A stretch of 64,000 nucleotides of DNA. Origin: Terriglobia bacterium. Its GTDB lineage: Bacteria > Acidobacteriota > Polarisedimenticolia > Polarisedimenticolales > JAIQFR01. The translations under genes and the position numbers were made by a program. The notes below the pieces were generated by a model. It saw nothing but the letters and a program-made list of their open reading frames with translations, ran no database searches and was not told the origin of the DNA. Of the stretch, positions 1-8,707 are shown one piece after another. The stretch lies in NCBI GenBank assembly GCA_963748015.1, contig CAVVHE010000009.1, forward strand, positions 352,001 through 416,000. Direction: 5' to 3'. Within the stretch, counting starts at the first letter, position 1. Every line of letters starts with the position of its first letter.

Positions 1-734
1 GACATGCTCGAGGAGGCGCACCCGACGCCGTCGAGCCAGACGGCCGGGCGGCCCATCGTCCTCGCGCGCTTCTCCGACGCGAGGATCAGGCAGGCGGCGC
101 CGTCGGCGTTCGCGCAGCAGTCGTACACCACGAACGGCGACGCCACCGGCTCGGACGCCAGCGCCTTTTCGAGCGTGATCTCCTTCCGGAACAGCGCCTT
201 CTCGTTCCGCGCGCCGTAGTAGTGGTTCTTCACCGCGACGAGGGACAGTTGCTCGCGCGTCGTCCCGAACTCGTGCATGTGCCGCCGGGCGAACATCGCG
301 TAGTAGCCGGGAAAAGTGGTGCCGAAGACCGACTCCCACTGGACCTCGCCCACCCGCCCCATCAGCGCGAGGATCTCCGCCGTCGTCAGCTCGGTCATCT
401 TCTGGCAGCCGATGACCGCCACGACCTCGTGGAGCCCCGACCGGATCGCCATCCACGCCGTGCGGACCGCCGCCGATCCCGACGCGCACGCGACCTCCGT
501 CAGCCACGTCGGCTTCGGGTTCAGCCCGAGGTACTCCTGGACCACCCCCGCGAGCGACCGCTGCTTGTGGTACTCCGGCACCGAGCCGATCACCGAAGCG
601 TCGATCGCGTCCGGCCCGATCCCGGCGTCCGAGAGCGCGTCGCGGTAAGCCTCGAAAGCAAGCTCCTGCACGGTCGCATCCGACCGCTGCCCGAACCTGC
701 CGTGACCTATTCCGACGACTCCTACCCGCGTCAT
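1..734 (-). CDS. Thiolase-family protein (SCP2/archaeal-type acetyl-CoA acetyltransferase); 3' end lies outside the window
   Basis: Manual translation from ATG 734 (GGAG RBS): MTRVGVVGIGHGRFG...EVACASGSAA...FPGYYAMFARRHMHEFG...VAVKNH...DCCANADGAA. Absent from the ORF track because it runs off the edge. Confidence 0.85.
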   Translation of the reverse strand, partial: MTRVGVVGIGHGRFGQRSDATVQELAFEAYRDALSDAGIGPDAIDASVIGSVPEYHKQRSLAGVVQEYLGLNPKPTWLTEVACASGSAAVRTAWMAIRSGLHEVVAVIGCQKMTELTTAEILALMGRVGEVQWESVFGTTFPGYYAMFARRHMHEFGTTREQLSLVAVKNHYYGARNEKALFRKEITLEKALASEPVASPFVVYDCCANADGAACLILASEKRARTMGRPAVWLDGVGCASSSM

Positions 735-756
735 CGACCGTCTCCTACTACCAAAA

Positions 757-919
757 GCCGGGAGTTCTCGTTCGAGGTCGACCCGAAGCGGCCCTGTTTT
801 CGCGCGGCCATCTCTTCCTTGGATGGCCGCGCGAAAACCGGAGCGAGGCGGCGCGGCGACTCGCGCCGCGCGACGCCGAAGCGTGCCGCGCGGGTCGACC
901 TCGAACGAGAACTCCCGGC
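757..919. repeat. Intergenic structured repeat, copy 1 (REP/MITE-like)
   Basis: Perfect 29-bp inverted arms (757-785/891-919) enclose a ~100-bp core with two hairpins; the core recurs inverted at 51823-51925. Confidence 0.9.
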
Positions 920-941
920 GTTGCACGCCGAGGACACCCGG

Positions 942-1691
942 CTAGATGTACTGTCCACCGTCCACCTTGATGACCTCGCCCGTGACGTGACGCGAGGCGT
1001 CGGAGCAGAAGAAGGCGACGACGTTCGCCACGTCGTCCGCGGTCGCGATCCGGCCGAGCACGGTCTCCTTGACGGCGGCGTTCAGGAACTCGGGAGCGAG
1101 CGACTCCGCCATCTCGGTCATCACCATGCCCGGCGCGACGCAGTTGACGTTGACGTTGAACTTCCCGAGCTCCTTCGCGAGCGACTTGGTCAGCGCGATG
1201 TTCCCGGCCTTCGACGCGGAGTAGTTCGACTGGGCGAACTTCCCGCGGATCCCGTTGATCGAGGAGACGTTGACGATCTTGCCGCTGCGCCGGTCCTTGA
1301 ACACCCGCGCCGCGGCGCGGTTGTAGTTGAAATACCCCTTCAGGTTCGTCTCGATGACGGTGTCCCACTGCTTCTCGGTCATCTTCCAGACCACGCCGTC
1401 CCAGGTGATCCCGGCGTTGCAGACGAGGATGTCGAGCCGGCCGAATTCCGCGACGATCGAGTCCACCGCGCGGTCGGCGGCGGCGAAGTCGGCGACGTCG
1501 GCCTGGATCGGCATCGCGCGCCGCCCCGTCTTGCGGACCTCTTCCGCCACGGCCTCCGCCGCGTCGGCCCGCCCGCGGTACGTGAACGCGACGTCGCACC
1601 CCCGCCGGGCCAGGCCGAGGACCACGGCGGCGCCGATCCCTCGGCTTCCCCCCGTCACGAGCGCCACCTTGCCTTCGAGCCCGAGGTCCAT
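942..1691 (-). CDS. SDR (FabG-like) oxidoreductase, probably a 3-hydroxyacyl-CoA dehydrogenase of the lower benzoyl-CoA pathway
   Basis: TGGSRGIG Rossmann motif, CNAG, YSASK catalytic motif; lies between oah and the thiolase. Confidence 0.85.
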   Translation of the reverse strand: MDLGLEGKVALVTGGSRGIGAAVVLGLARRGCDVAFTYRGRADAAEAVAEEVRKTGRRAMPIQADVADFAAADRAVDSIVAEFGRLDILVCNAGITWDGVVWKMTEKQWDTVIETNLKGYFNYNRAAARVFKDRRSGKIVNVSSINGIRGKFAQSNYSASKAGNIALTKSLAKELGKFNVNVNCVAPGMVMTEMAESLAPEFLNAAVKETVLGRIATADDVANVVAFFCSDASRHVTGEVIKVDGGQYI

Positions 1692-1702
1692 CACGCCACC
1701 CC

Positions 1703-2665
1703 TCACTTCTTCCCGAGCGGCGCGCCGCACTTGCCGCAGAAGGCGAACTCCGAGGGGATCCCCTTCGCGCCGCACGACGCGCACGCATGGCGGTAGGGAC
1801 CCCACAGAAACTCGCTGCTCCGGCCCGACGCGGCCGCCTCGCGGAGGCCCCGGTAGTCCGGCTTGCGCTTCTCGACGAACGATTGCATCCCCTCGTACGG
1901 CTCGAGCGAGGTGAAGTGCGTCGAGAGCCAGTCCCGGGCGTGGCCGACCGTGGAGAACCAGGCGGCCTCCTTCCAGTAGTTGACCTGCTGCTTGGTGTAC
2001 CGGGTGCACTCGGGGAACTTGTCGAGGCACTGCTCCGCCATCGCCGCGACCTCCGCGTCGAGCCTGTCGCGCGGGACCACCCGGTTGACGAGCCCCCACT
2101 CGAGTGCCTGCTTCGCGGGGACCCTGGGGTTCAGGAACAGCATCTCCCGCGCGCGACGGTCGCCGACGTGGAGGCTCAGCCATTGCGTCGCGCCGCCGCA
2201 GGCGACGCTGCCGACGCTGGTGCCCACCTGGGCGACGTAGGTGTCGTCGGCCATGACGGCCAGGTCGCAGGCGAGCTGCGACTCGTTGCCGCCGCCGACC
2301 GCCATGCCGTTGATCCTGGCGATGGTCACCTTGCCGCTCCGCAGGATGCACTCGATGTACCGGCTGAAGAGGCCCATGTACTTGAAGTAGTCCCGCGGCT
2401 TCTGCGTGTAGACCGTGGCGTACTCCTTGACGTCGCCGCCGGTGCAGAACGCCTTGTCGCCCGCGCCGGTCAGCACGATGACGCCGACGCCGTCGTCGGA
2501 CGACGCGTCGTCGAACGCCGCGATCAGCTCGCGCAGCGTGTCGGTGGAGTACGAGTTGTAGACCTCGGGCCGGTTGATGGTGATCCGGGCCGTCATGTCC
2601 TTCTTCTCGTAGAGGACGTCCTTGAAGTTCAGCTCGGCGGCCGGCCTCGAGGGGAACATGTCCAT
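1703..2665 (-). CDS. oah: 6-oxocyclohex-1-ene-1-carbonyl-CoA hydrolase (ring-opening crotonase) with C-terminal zinc ribbon
   Basis: YNSYS...AFCTGGDVKEYA...YFKYMGLF resembles Oah/BamA/BzdY; C-terminal CASC...CGKC; benzoyl-CoA pathway context. Confidence 0.75.
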   Translation of the reverse strand: MDMFPSRPAAELNFKDVLYEKKDMTARITINRPEVYNSYSTDTLRELIAAFDDASSDDGVGVIVLTGAGDKAFCTGGDVKEYATVYTQKPRDYFKYMGLFSRYIECILRSGKVTIARINGMAVGGGNESQLACDLAVMADDTYVAQVGTSVGSVACGGATQWLSLHVGDRRAREMLFLNPRVPAKQALEWGLVNRVVPRDRLDAEVAAMAEQCLDKFPECTRYTKQQVNYWKEAAWFSTVGHARDWLSTHFTSLEPYEGMQSFVEKRKPDYRGLREAAASGRSSEFLWGPYRHACASCGAKGIPSEFAFCGKCGAPLGKK

Positions 2666-2705
2666 CGTCGGTTTCCTCCGTGTCTCGGTCCGAATCAGGT
2701 CATCC

Positions 2706-2747
2706 GCGGCGGGGGAGGCGCCCCCACGGGGCGCCTCCGCCCGCCGC
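2706..2747. other. Strong GC-rich intergenic hairpin between xdhC and oah (mRNA-stabilising or attenuating)
   Basis: GGAGGCGCCCC-CAC-GGGGCGCCTCC stem extended by GCGGCGGG/CCCGCCGC; no U-tract. Confidence 0.5.
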
Positions 2748-2751
2748 CGCT

Positions 2752-3663
2752 CTATTCGTCTTCCCCGGTACCCGGCGCCTTCCCGCGCACGCGCTCGCGC
2801 AGCGAGATCGCGCCGCTCTTGCCGTAACGCACCGCCAGCAGCTCGGCCGCGATCGAGACCGCGATCTCCCCGGGCGAGCGGCCGCCCGTGTCCAGGCCGA
2901 TCGGAGCCCGCACGTCCTCGAGGCGCCTGCGCTTCGCCTCGTCGGTGCCGAGGCTCTTGAAGACCCGGGCGACCTTCGCGCGGCTCCCGATCATCCCCAG
3001 GTAGCGCCACGGCTTCTCGAGGCACGAGGCGAGCACCGCCTCGTCCTGCTCGTGGCCGTGGGTCACGATCACGACGTAGGTCGTCTCGTCGAACGGGAGG
3101 GACGAGACGGCCGCGGGGAGCGGCTGGTGGACGAGCCGCACGGTCCGGGGGAAGCGCGCGGGATCGGGGAAGCCGGGCCGGTCGTCGAGCACGGTCACCT
3201 TGAACCCGGCGGCCTCCGCGACCGGCGCCAGCGCGATCCCGATGTGCCCCGCGCCGAACACGTGAAGCCGCGGCGGGACGAGGCAGGGCTGGACGTAGAA
3301 GTCGGCCTTGCCGACGCAGGCCTTGTCCAGGTTCTGCCCGGCCCCTCCGGAGAAGTCGTAGTGGAAGCGGCGCGGCCGCCCGTCGGCGAGCGCCTCGAGC
3401 GCGTGCCGGACGATCTTGTGCTCGAGGTCGCCGCCGCCCACCGTCCCGACGATCGTCCCGTCCTCGCGCACCGCCATGGCGGCGCCCATGCCGCGCGGGG
3501 CGGACCCCTCGGTTCCGACCACGGTCACGAGCGCGACGGGGCGTCCCTCCCCGGCCAGGTCCACGAATTCCCGGTACGCGTCGAGCTCGAGGCGCTCGAC
3601 CGGCTCGCCGATCTCGACGAGCGGGCCGGGCCCCGGAACGGCGCGCGGCTTGCGGGGCGTCAT
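2752..3663 (-). CDS. xdhC: XdhC/CoxI-family molybdenum-cofactor insertion chaperone
   Basis: GSAPRGMGAAM, GTVGGG, FGAGHIG, THGH, YLGMIGSRAK, APIGLD...PGEIAVSI motifs. Confidence 0.9.
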   Translation of the reverse strand: MTPRKPRAVPGPGPLVEIGEPVERLELDAYREFVDLAGEGRPVALVTVVGTEGSAPRGMGAAMAVREDGTIVGTVGGGDLEHKIVRHALEALADGRPRRFHYDFSGGAGQNLDKACVGKADFYVQPCLVPPRLHVFGAGHIGIALAPVAEAAGFKVTVLDDRPGFPDPARFPRTVRLVHQPLPAAVSSLPFDETTYVVIVTHGHEQDEAVLASCLEKPWRYLGMIGSRAKVARVFKSLGTDEAKRRRLEDVRAPIGLDTGGRSPGEIAVSIAAELLAVRYGKSGAISLRERVRGKAPGTGEDE

Positions 3664-4334
3664 GGCGCCTCCGTTCCGCGGGCGAGGCCGCGGAGCACCA
3701 GGTCCGCCATCTCGTCGCCGAGGCGCTCGACCGGGCCGTCGCGGTTCGCGTCGTACCACATGAAGATCCAGTTGAGCATGCCGAACACGAACAGGGTCCG
3801 GTGGCGGCCGACGAGGCCGCCGGGATCCTGCCTCCCCTCGCGCGCGAGGAGGTCCTCGATCACCGTGGCGACCAGGCGGTAGTAGCGGCGGCGGAGGGTC
3901 TCGATCTCGCGGTACGCCTCGTCGCGCACCGATTCGAGCTCGAACGTGCAGACCTTCATCTCGCTCGGGTGCTTCGCGTAGAACGCGAGGTGCCCGACGA
4001 TCAGCCGGCGGAGCTTGTTCTCGGGCGGCTCCGGCACCGCGAACTCCGCCTGCTGCGCCTCGAGGAGCGACGAGAAGGTCCGGTGCTGGATCTTGAAGAG
4101 CAGGTCTTCCTTGCTCTTGAAGTAGTAGTACATGCCGGGGAGGCTGACCCCGGTCTCGCGCCCGACGTCGCGGATCGCCGTCTGCTCGTACCCCTTCCGC
4201 GCGATCAGCGAGGCCGCGGTGGACAGCAGGTGCTCGAGCTTTTGCTGCGTCCCGGCGCGCGGCCGGCGCACCCGCTCCCTCGGCATCACCGCGTCGGACG
4301 CCCTCGTCGCGCTCACCGTCAGCCTCTCCGGCAT
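3660..4334 (-). CDS. TetR-family repressor with PaaR/KstR2-like C-terminal domain (alternative start 4286)
   Basis: HTH region AASLIARKGYEQTAIRDVG...MYYYFKSKEDLL; C-terminal FGMLNWIFMWY...LVLRGL. Confidence 0.88.
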   Translation of the reverse strand: MPERLTVSATRASDAVMPRERVRRPRAGTQQKLEHLLSTAASLIARKGYEQTAIRDVGRETGVSLPGMYYYFKSKEDLLFKIQHRTFSSLLEAQQAEFAVPEPPENKLRRLIVGHLAFYAKHPSEMKVCTFELESVRDEAYREIETLRRRYYRLVATVIEDLLAREGRQDPGGLVGRHRTLFVFGMLNWIFMWYDANRDGPVERLGDEMADLVLRGLARGTEAP

Positions 4335-7183
4335 CCGCGCTTCGAGGCGGGGGCCGCGTCCGCCACGGGCTCCGGCAGCTTCCCGAGTCCGCGCAGGATC
4401 TTCTCGGGGGTGATCGGAAGCTCGGTCACCCTTACGCCGCAGGCGTCGTAGATCGCGTTGGCGATCGCGCCGAGCGCGGGCAGGAGCGATCCCTCGCCGA
4501 TCTCCTTCGCGCCGAACGGCCCCCGCGGCTCGTAGCTCTCGACCGCCGCCGTGCGGATCTCGGGGGCCTCGCGGATCGTGGGCAAGAGGTAGTCGTGCAG
4601 GTTCGGGTTCTCGGGCGCGCCCGAGGCGTCGAAGGTCGTGTCCTCGAGGAGGGTCTCGCCGAGCCCCATGATCATCGCCCCCTCCACCTGGCCGTGGAAG
4701 GTGACCGGGTTGACCACGGTGCCCGCGTCGCTGAAGTCGGTGAATCGGTCGACGGTGACGTAACCGGTCTCGAGATCCACGGTCACCTCGGCGACCGCGG
4801 TCGAGAAGCTGTACGCCGGCGAGGTGCCGACCGTGCCTCCCTTGAACTCCCCGCCGAGGTGGACCGGCGGCGAGTAGGAGCCCGTGCCTACGACCGGCCC
4901 CCTCGCCGAGAACGCGAGGCGCGCCGCCTCGGCCCAGTCCATGCCGATGTCGGGGTGCTGCGGCACGAAGATCCGCCCGTTCCTGGCGATGAAGCCGTGC
5001 GGGTCGCAGCCGAGGCGCCTGCCCGCCGCCTCGAGAACCTGCGCCTTGACCGCGGCGGCCGCCTGGCGGACCGCGTTCCCACCCATCAGCGTGACGCGGC
5101 TCGAATACGAGCCGAGGTCGAGCGGGCTCAGCACCGTGTCGCAGTCCGCGAGCCAGACCCATCCGTACGGGATCCCCAGCTCCTCCGCGGCGATCTGGAC
5201 GAGCACCGTGTCGGAGCCCTGGCCGATGTCGGCGGCGGCGATGTGCAGCGACGCCCCCGTGCCGTCCTCGTGGACGCGGATCATGGCGTTCGAGTGCGGG
5301 AACTGCGACCGGTAGATCGGGTAACCCGCGCCCGACACGAAGCCGCCGCACCCGACGCCGATCCCCTTGCCGCGCGGGAGGCGTCCCTTCTTCCCGGCCC
5401 ATCCCGACCGTTCGCGCGCCTGCTCGAGCGTGGGGATGAACTCGCACGACGAGACGTCGAGCGCGTTGCAGGTCCGCGTCCCCGGCGTCATCGCGTTCTT
5501 GAGGCGGATCTCGAACGGGTCGAGGCCGAGGTCCTCGGCGAGCATGTCCATCATGGACTCGAAGGCGAAGCGCGGCTGCGGGACGCCGTGGCCGCGGAAC
5601 GCCCCCGACGCCGGCAGGTTCGTGTACACGCGCAGGCCGTCGTACTTGTAATTCGGGAACTTGTAGAGCGTCGGGAGCATCGAGCCGGCGTAGTAGGCGG
5701 TGATCACGCCGTACGACGTGTACGCGCCGCCGTCGAGGACCGACCGGAAGTCGACCGCGGTGATCGTCCCGTCGCGCTTCACGCCGACCTTGAGGTCCAT
5801 GTACTGCTTGTGGCGGCCGCGGAAGTGCAGGACCATCTCCTCCCGCGTGTACTCCATCATCACCGGGCGGCCGGTCCGTCGAGCGAAGATCGCGGCGCAG
5901 AAGTCGAGCGCCGTCGTCTCGGCCTTGGCGCCGAAGCCGCCGCCGACCGCCGGCTTGATCACTCGGATCGAGCCCATCGGGATCCCGAGCGTCCGCGACA
6001 TCGTTCGGTGGAGGTAGTGAGGCGTTTGCGTCGACGACCAGAGGGTCAGCCGCTCCCCGTGGTGCTCCCACCGCGCGAGCGCGGCGTGCGGCTCGAGCGG
6101 GCTCTGATAGGTCCGGTTCCCGACGAAGCGCTGCTCGCGGACGTGGTCGGCCTCGGCGAATCCCTTCTCGACGTCGCCGAAATCCCACTCGACGCGCGTG
6201 TTGACGTTTCCGGCGTATCGCGGGTTTTCGGGGTGGATCACGGGGGCGCCCGGGGCTGTCGCCGCGTCGGGGTCGAAGACCGCGGGCAGCTCCTCGTACT
6301 CCACGTCGATCAGCGCGAGCGCCCGCTCCGCCGTTTGCTCGTCCACGGCGGCGACGGCGGCGACCTCGTCGCCGACGTAGCGGACGCGGTCCTTCGCCAG
6401 GATCTGCTCGTCGTAGCGGGCGGGACTGACGCCGTACCACGCGTCCGGCACGTCCTGCCCCGTGATCACGTCGAGGACGCCCGGGAGCGCCCGGGCGCGG
6501 CTCGTGTCGATCTTCTTCACGATGCCGTGCGCGATCGGGCTCGTCAGGATCTTCCCGTAGATCATCCCCGGCAGGCGCAGGTCGGCGGTGTACTTCGCGC
6601 GTCCCGACACCTTGTCCGGCGCGTCGTAGCGGGTGACGCCGTGCCCCACGACGTCGTGGTCGCGCTCCTGGTCGCGCTCGGAGTCGTCGAGGGGGCGCGT
6701 GTCGAGCGGGGCCGAGGCGAATTCCTTCCACCCCGTCACGGCCTTCAGGATGCGCGGGTAGGCGGCGCAGCGGCAGAGGTTGCCGCCGAGCGCCTCCTTC
6801 ACGTCGTCGTCGGTGGGGGAGGGGTTCCGGTCGATCAGCCCCTTCGCGGACATGATCGTGCCGGGGGTGCAGTACCCGCACTGGAGCGCGCCGTGCTTGA
6901 CGAACGCCTTCTGCAGCGGGTGCAGCTCGCCGCCTTCCCCGAGCCCCTCGATCGTCGTGACACGCTTCCCGTCCGCCTGCGCGGCGAGCGTGATGCACGA
7001 CGCCACGGGATGGCCGTCGAGGAGGACGGTGCAGGCGCCGCAGTCGCCGGACTCGCACCCCTTCTTCGTGCCGGTGAGATTCAGGTGGTTCCGCAGCAGC
7101 GTCAGCAGGGTGGTGTTCGGCTTGACCGCGACGGCGTGCGGTTGGCCGTTGACCTCGAGCCGGACGACGAGCTCGGCACTCAT
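4319..7183 (-). CDS. hcrA: 4-hydroxybenzoyl-CoA reductase-like molybdoprotein: 2x[2Fe-2S] (gamma) domain fused to Mo-binding (alpha) subunit
   Basis: N-terminal GCESGDCGAC and QCGYCTPG/NLCRC; YTNLPASGAFRGHG, FVSG...PHS and GSYSSRVT segments resemble HcrA; same regulon as bcr and oah. Confidence 0.75.
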   Translation of the reverse strand: MSAELVVRLEVNGQPHAVAVKPNTTLLTLLRNHLNLTGTKKGCESGDCGACTVLLDGHPVASCITLAAQADGKRVTTIEGLGEGGELHPLQKAFVKHGALQCGYCTPGTIMSAKGLIDRNPSPTDDDVKEALGGNLCRCAAYPRILKAVTGWKEFASAPLDTRPLDDSERDQERDHDVVGHGVTRYDAPDKVSGRAKYTADLRLPGMIYGKILTSPIAHGIVKKIDTSRARALPGVLDVITGQDVPDAWYGVSPARYDEQILAKDRVRYVGDEVAAVAAVDEQTAERALALIDVEYEELPAVFDPDAATAPGAPVIHPENPRYAGNVNTRVEWDFGDVEKGFAEADHVREQRFVGNRTYQSPLEPHAALARWEHHGERLTLWSSTQTPHYLHRTMSRTLGIPMGSIRVIKPAVGGGFGAKAETTALDFCAAIFARRTGRPVMMEYTREEMVLHFRGRHKQYMDLKVGVKRDGTITAVDFRSVLDGGAYTSYGVITAYYAGSMLPTLYKFPNYKYDGLRVYTNLPASGAFRGHGVPQPRFAFESMMDMLAEDLGLDPFEIRLKNAMTPGTRTCNALDVSSCEFIPTLEQARERSGWAGKKGRLPRGKGIGVGCGGFVSGAGYPIYRSQFPHSNAMIRVHEDGTGASLHIAAADIGQGSDTVLVQIAAEELGIPYGWVWLADCDTVLSPLDLGSYSSRVTLMGGNAVRQAAAAVKAQVLEAAGRRLGCDPHGFIARNGRIFVPQHPDIGMDWAEAARLAFSARGPVVGTGSYSPPVHLGGEFKGGTVGTSPAYSFSTAVAEVTVDLETGYVTVDRFTDFSDAGTVVNPVTFHGQVEGAMIMGLGETLLEDTTFDASGAPENPNLHDYLLPTIREAPEIRTAAVESYEPRGPFGAKEIGEGSLLPALGAIANAIYDACGVRVTELPITPEKILRGLGKLPEPVADAAPASKRGCRRG

Positions 7184-8058
7184 GCGGCACGCTCCCGCGC
7201 GCGCAGCGCCGCCTCGGCGAGCGCGCGCCGGGCGAGCACCTCGACGAGGTGCCGCCGGAACGCCTCCGTCCCGCGGAGATCGGTGATCGGCCGGGCCTCC
7301 TCGGCCGCCTCGCGCGCCGCGCGCGCGAACGTCTCGTCGGTCGCCTGCTGCCCTTCGAGGAGCGCCGCGGTCTTCACGGCCAGCAGGGGAATCGGCGCCA
7401 CGGAGCCGAGCGCCACGCGCGCCGCGGCAATTCGCTTGCCGTCGAGGACGAGGCGGACCGCGACCGATGCGACCGCGAGCGCCGAGCCTCGACGCAACGC
7501 GAAACGCTGGTAGCTGACCCCGGAGTGCCTAGGCTGGGACGGGATGAGCACCTCGACCAGGAGCTCGCCCGGCTGGAGGACGGTGCGCCGCGGGCCGGCG
7601 AACAGCTCCTCCGCGGGGATCTCGCGCTGCCCGGACCCGCTCGCGAGGCGCACCGTGGCTCCCGCCACGATGCACGGCGGCGGCGTGTCGGCGCAGGGGA
7701 CGGCGCGGCAGAAGTTCCCGCCGATCGTCGCGAGGCTGCGAATCTGCGGGCTGCCGAGCGACATCGCCGCCTCGGCAAGCGCGGGAAGAGCCCGTCGCAC
7801 CTCGACCGACGCGCCCACCTCGCGGATCGTCGTCATCGCCCCGATCCTGAGGTGACCGCCGCTCGTCGAGATCCCGGTCAGCTCCGGCACGCGATCAAGG
7901 GCGATCAGATGAGCCGCGGTCTCCGCGCCTCGCCGGAAGTCGGGCATCAGCTCGGTGCCGCCCGCGAGGTAGAGCGCGCCCGCACCGAGCCGTCCCGGCA
8001 GCGCGCACGCCTCGGCCAGGGACTCCGGCCGGTGAAACGAAAAATCGCACGACGCCAT
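7180..8058 (-). CDS. FAD-binding subunit of the xanthine dehydrogenase family (HcrB/CoxM-like), lacking the [4Fe-4S] loop
   Basis: LAGGTEL, RIGAMTT, QIRSLATIGGN, ITDLRGT motifs; ATGA overlap with hcrCA. Confidence 0.85.
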   Translation of the reverse strand: MASCDFSFHRPESLAEACALPGRLGAGALYLAGGTELMPDFRRGAETAAHLIALDRVPELTGISTSGGHLRIGAMTTIREVGASVEVRRALPALAEAAMSLGSPQIRSLATIGGNFCRAVPCADTPPPCIVAGATVRLASGSGQREIPAEELFAGPRRTVLQPGELLVEVLIPSQPRHSGVSYQRFALRRGSALAVASVAVRLVLDGKRIAAARVALGSVAPIPLLAVKTAALLEGQQATDETFARAAREAAEEARPITDLRGTEAFRRHLVEVLARRALAEAALRARERAA

Positions 8059-8117
8059 GTGCTGCTCCGCCCACCGTGCCCTTCCGGCCTTTGGCTCGAA
8101 AGGGCTCTTATGGAGTC

Positions 8118-8163
8118 TCGAACGAACGTTCGATAGGGTACGCTTGTTCGGATACGACGGCAA
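8118..8163 (-). promoter_or_regulatory. sigma70 promoter with palindromic operator for the hcr-oah operon
   Basis: TTGCCG-17-TACCCT on the minus strand, followed at once by the palindrome TCGAACG-NN-CGTTCGA; 8118-8135 is identical to 31533-31550. Confidence 0.75.
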
Positions 8164-8296
8164 CCGGAATCTGCGGATGATCGGGACCGCGCGACCGGCA
8201 CCCGTGCTCACGCATAAACTGCTTTTTTACAATTAGTTGTGCGTTTGGCGACGCAGGTTCGGCTTGGACACCTTGCCACGCCGCGCGGGGAGCGGA

Positions 8297-8707
8297 TCAG
8301 GCCTCGAACGCTTTCCGGACGACGTCGACGACGCGCCTGGCCTGACGCCGGGCTTCCCGCGCGTCCGCCTCGCGGTAGAAGTCCGAGGGGGTGAGGTCCT
8401 CGCTCCCGTAGAACGAAAGCTCGCGGTCGCGCCTCAGCCTTCGCGAGATCTCGCAGAGCTCGTCGAGCGCCGACGCGGCGGGCTTCGGGAGGCGAGCGGC
8501 GTTCTCCCGCAGGATGTCGCTCACGTCGTGAACCCTCGGGGCCTCGATGTCGCATCGCCGGAGGAGCCCTTTGAGCGCCAGCTCGACGACCTCCTGGGAT
8601 TCGCGGACCACGTCGGCCCAGCCGCGCTCCTCGTGGAGGACGTCCACCGCCTTGAGCCGCCGCGAGGCCCTCTCGAGGTAGTCCCTGGCCAGGTCGGGAT
8701 TCCTCAC
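8297..8707 (-). CDS. HEPN-domain protein (toxin partner of the MNT)
   Basis: GTG start overlaps the upstream stop; SQEVVELALKGLL...PRVHDV...RRDRELSFYG HEPN pattern. Confidence 0.8.
   Translation of the reverse strand: MRNPDLARDYLERASRRLKAVDVLHEERGWADVVRESQEVVELALKGLLRRCDIEAPRVHDVSDILRENAARLPKPAASALDELCEISRRLRRDRELSFYGSEDLTPSDFYREADAREARRQARRVVDVVRKAFEA

Noticed and set aside
3660..7190. 1176-aa ORF suggesting a giant TetR fusion
   Set aside because: The upstream part is an off-frame shadow of hcrCA; only the last ~225 aa are TetR.
8210..8245. AT-rich tract upstream of the hcr promoter as an IHF/FNR site
   Set aside because: Only a partial IHF-like match and no TTGAT-N4-ATCAA; too weak to call.
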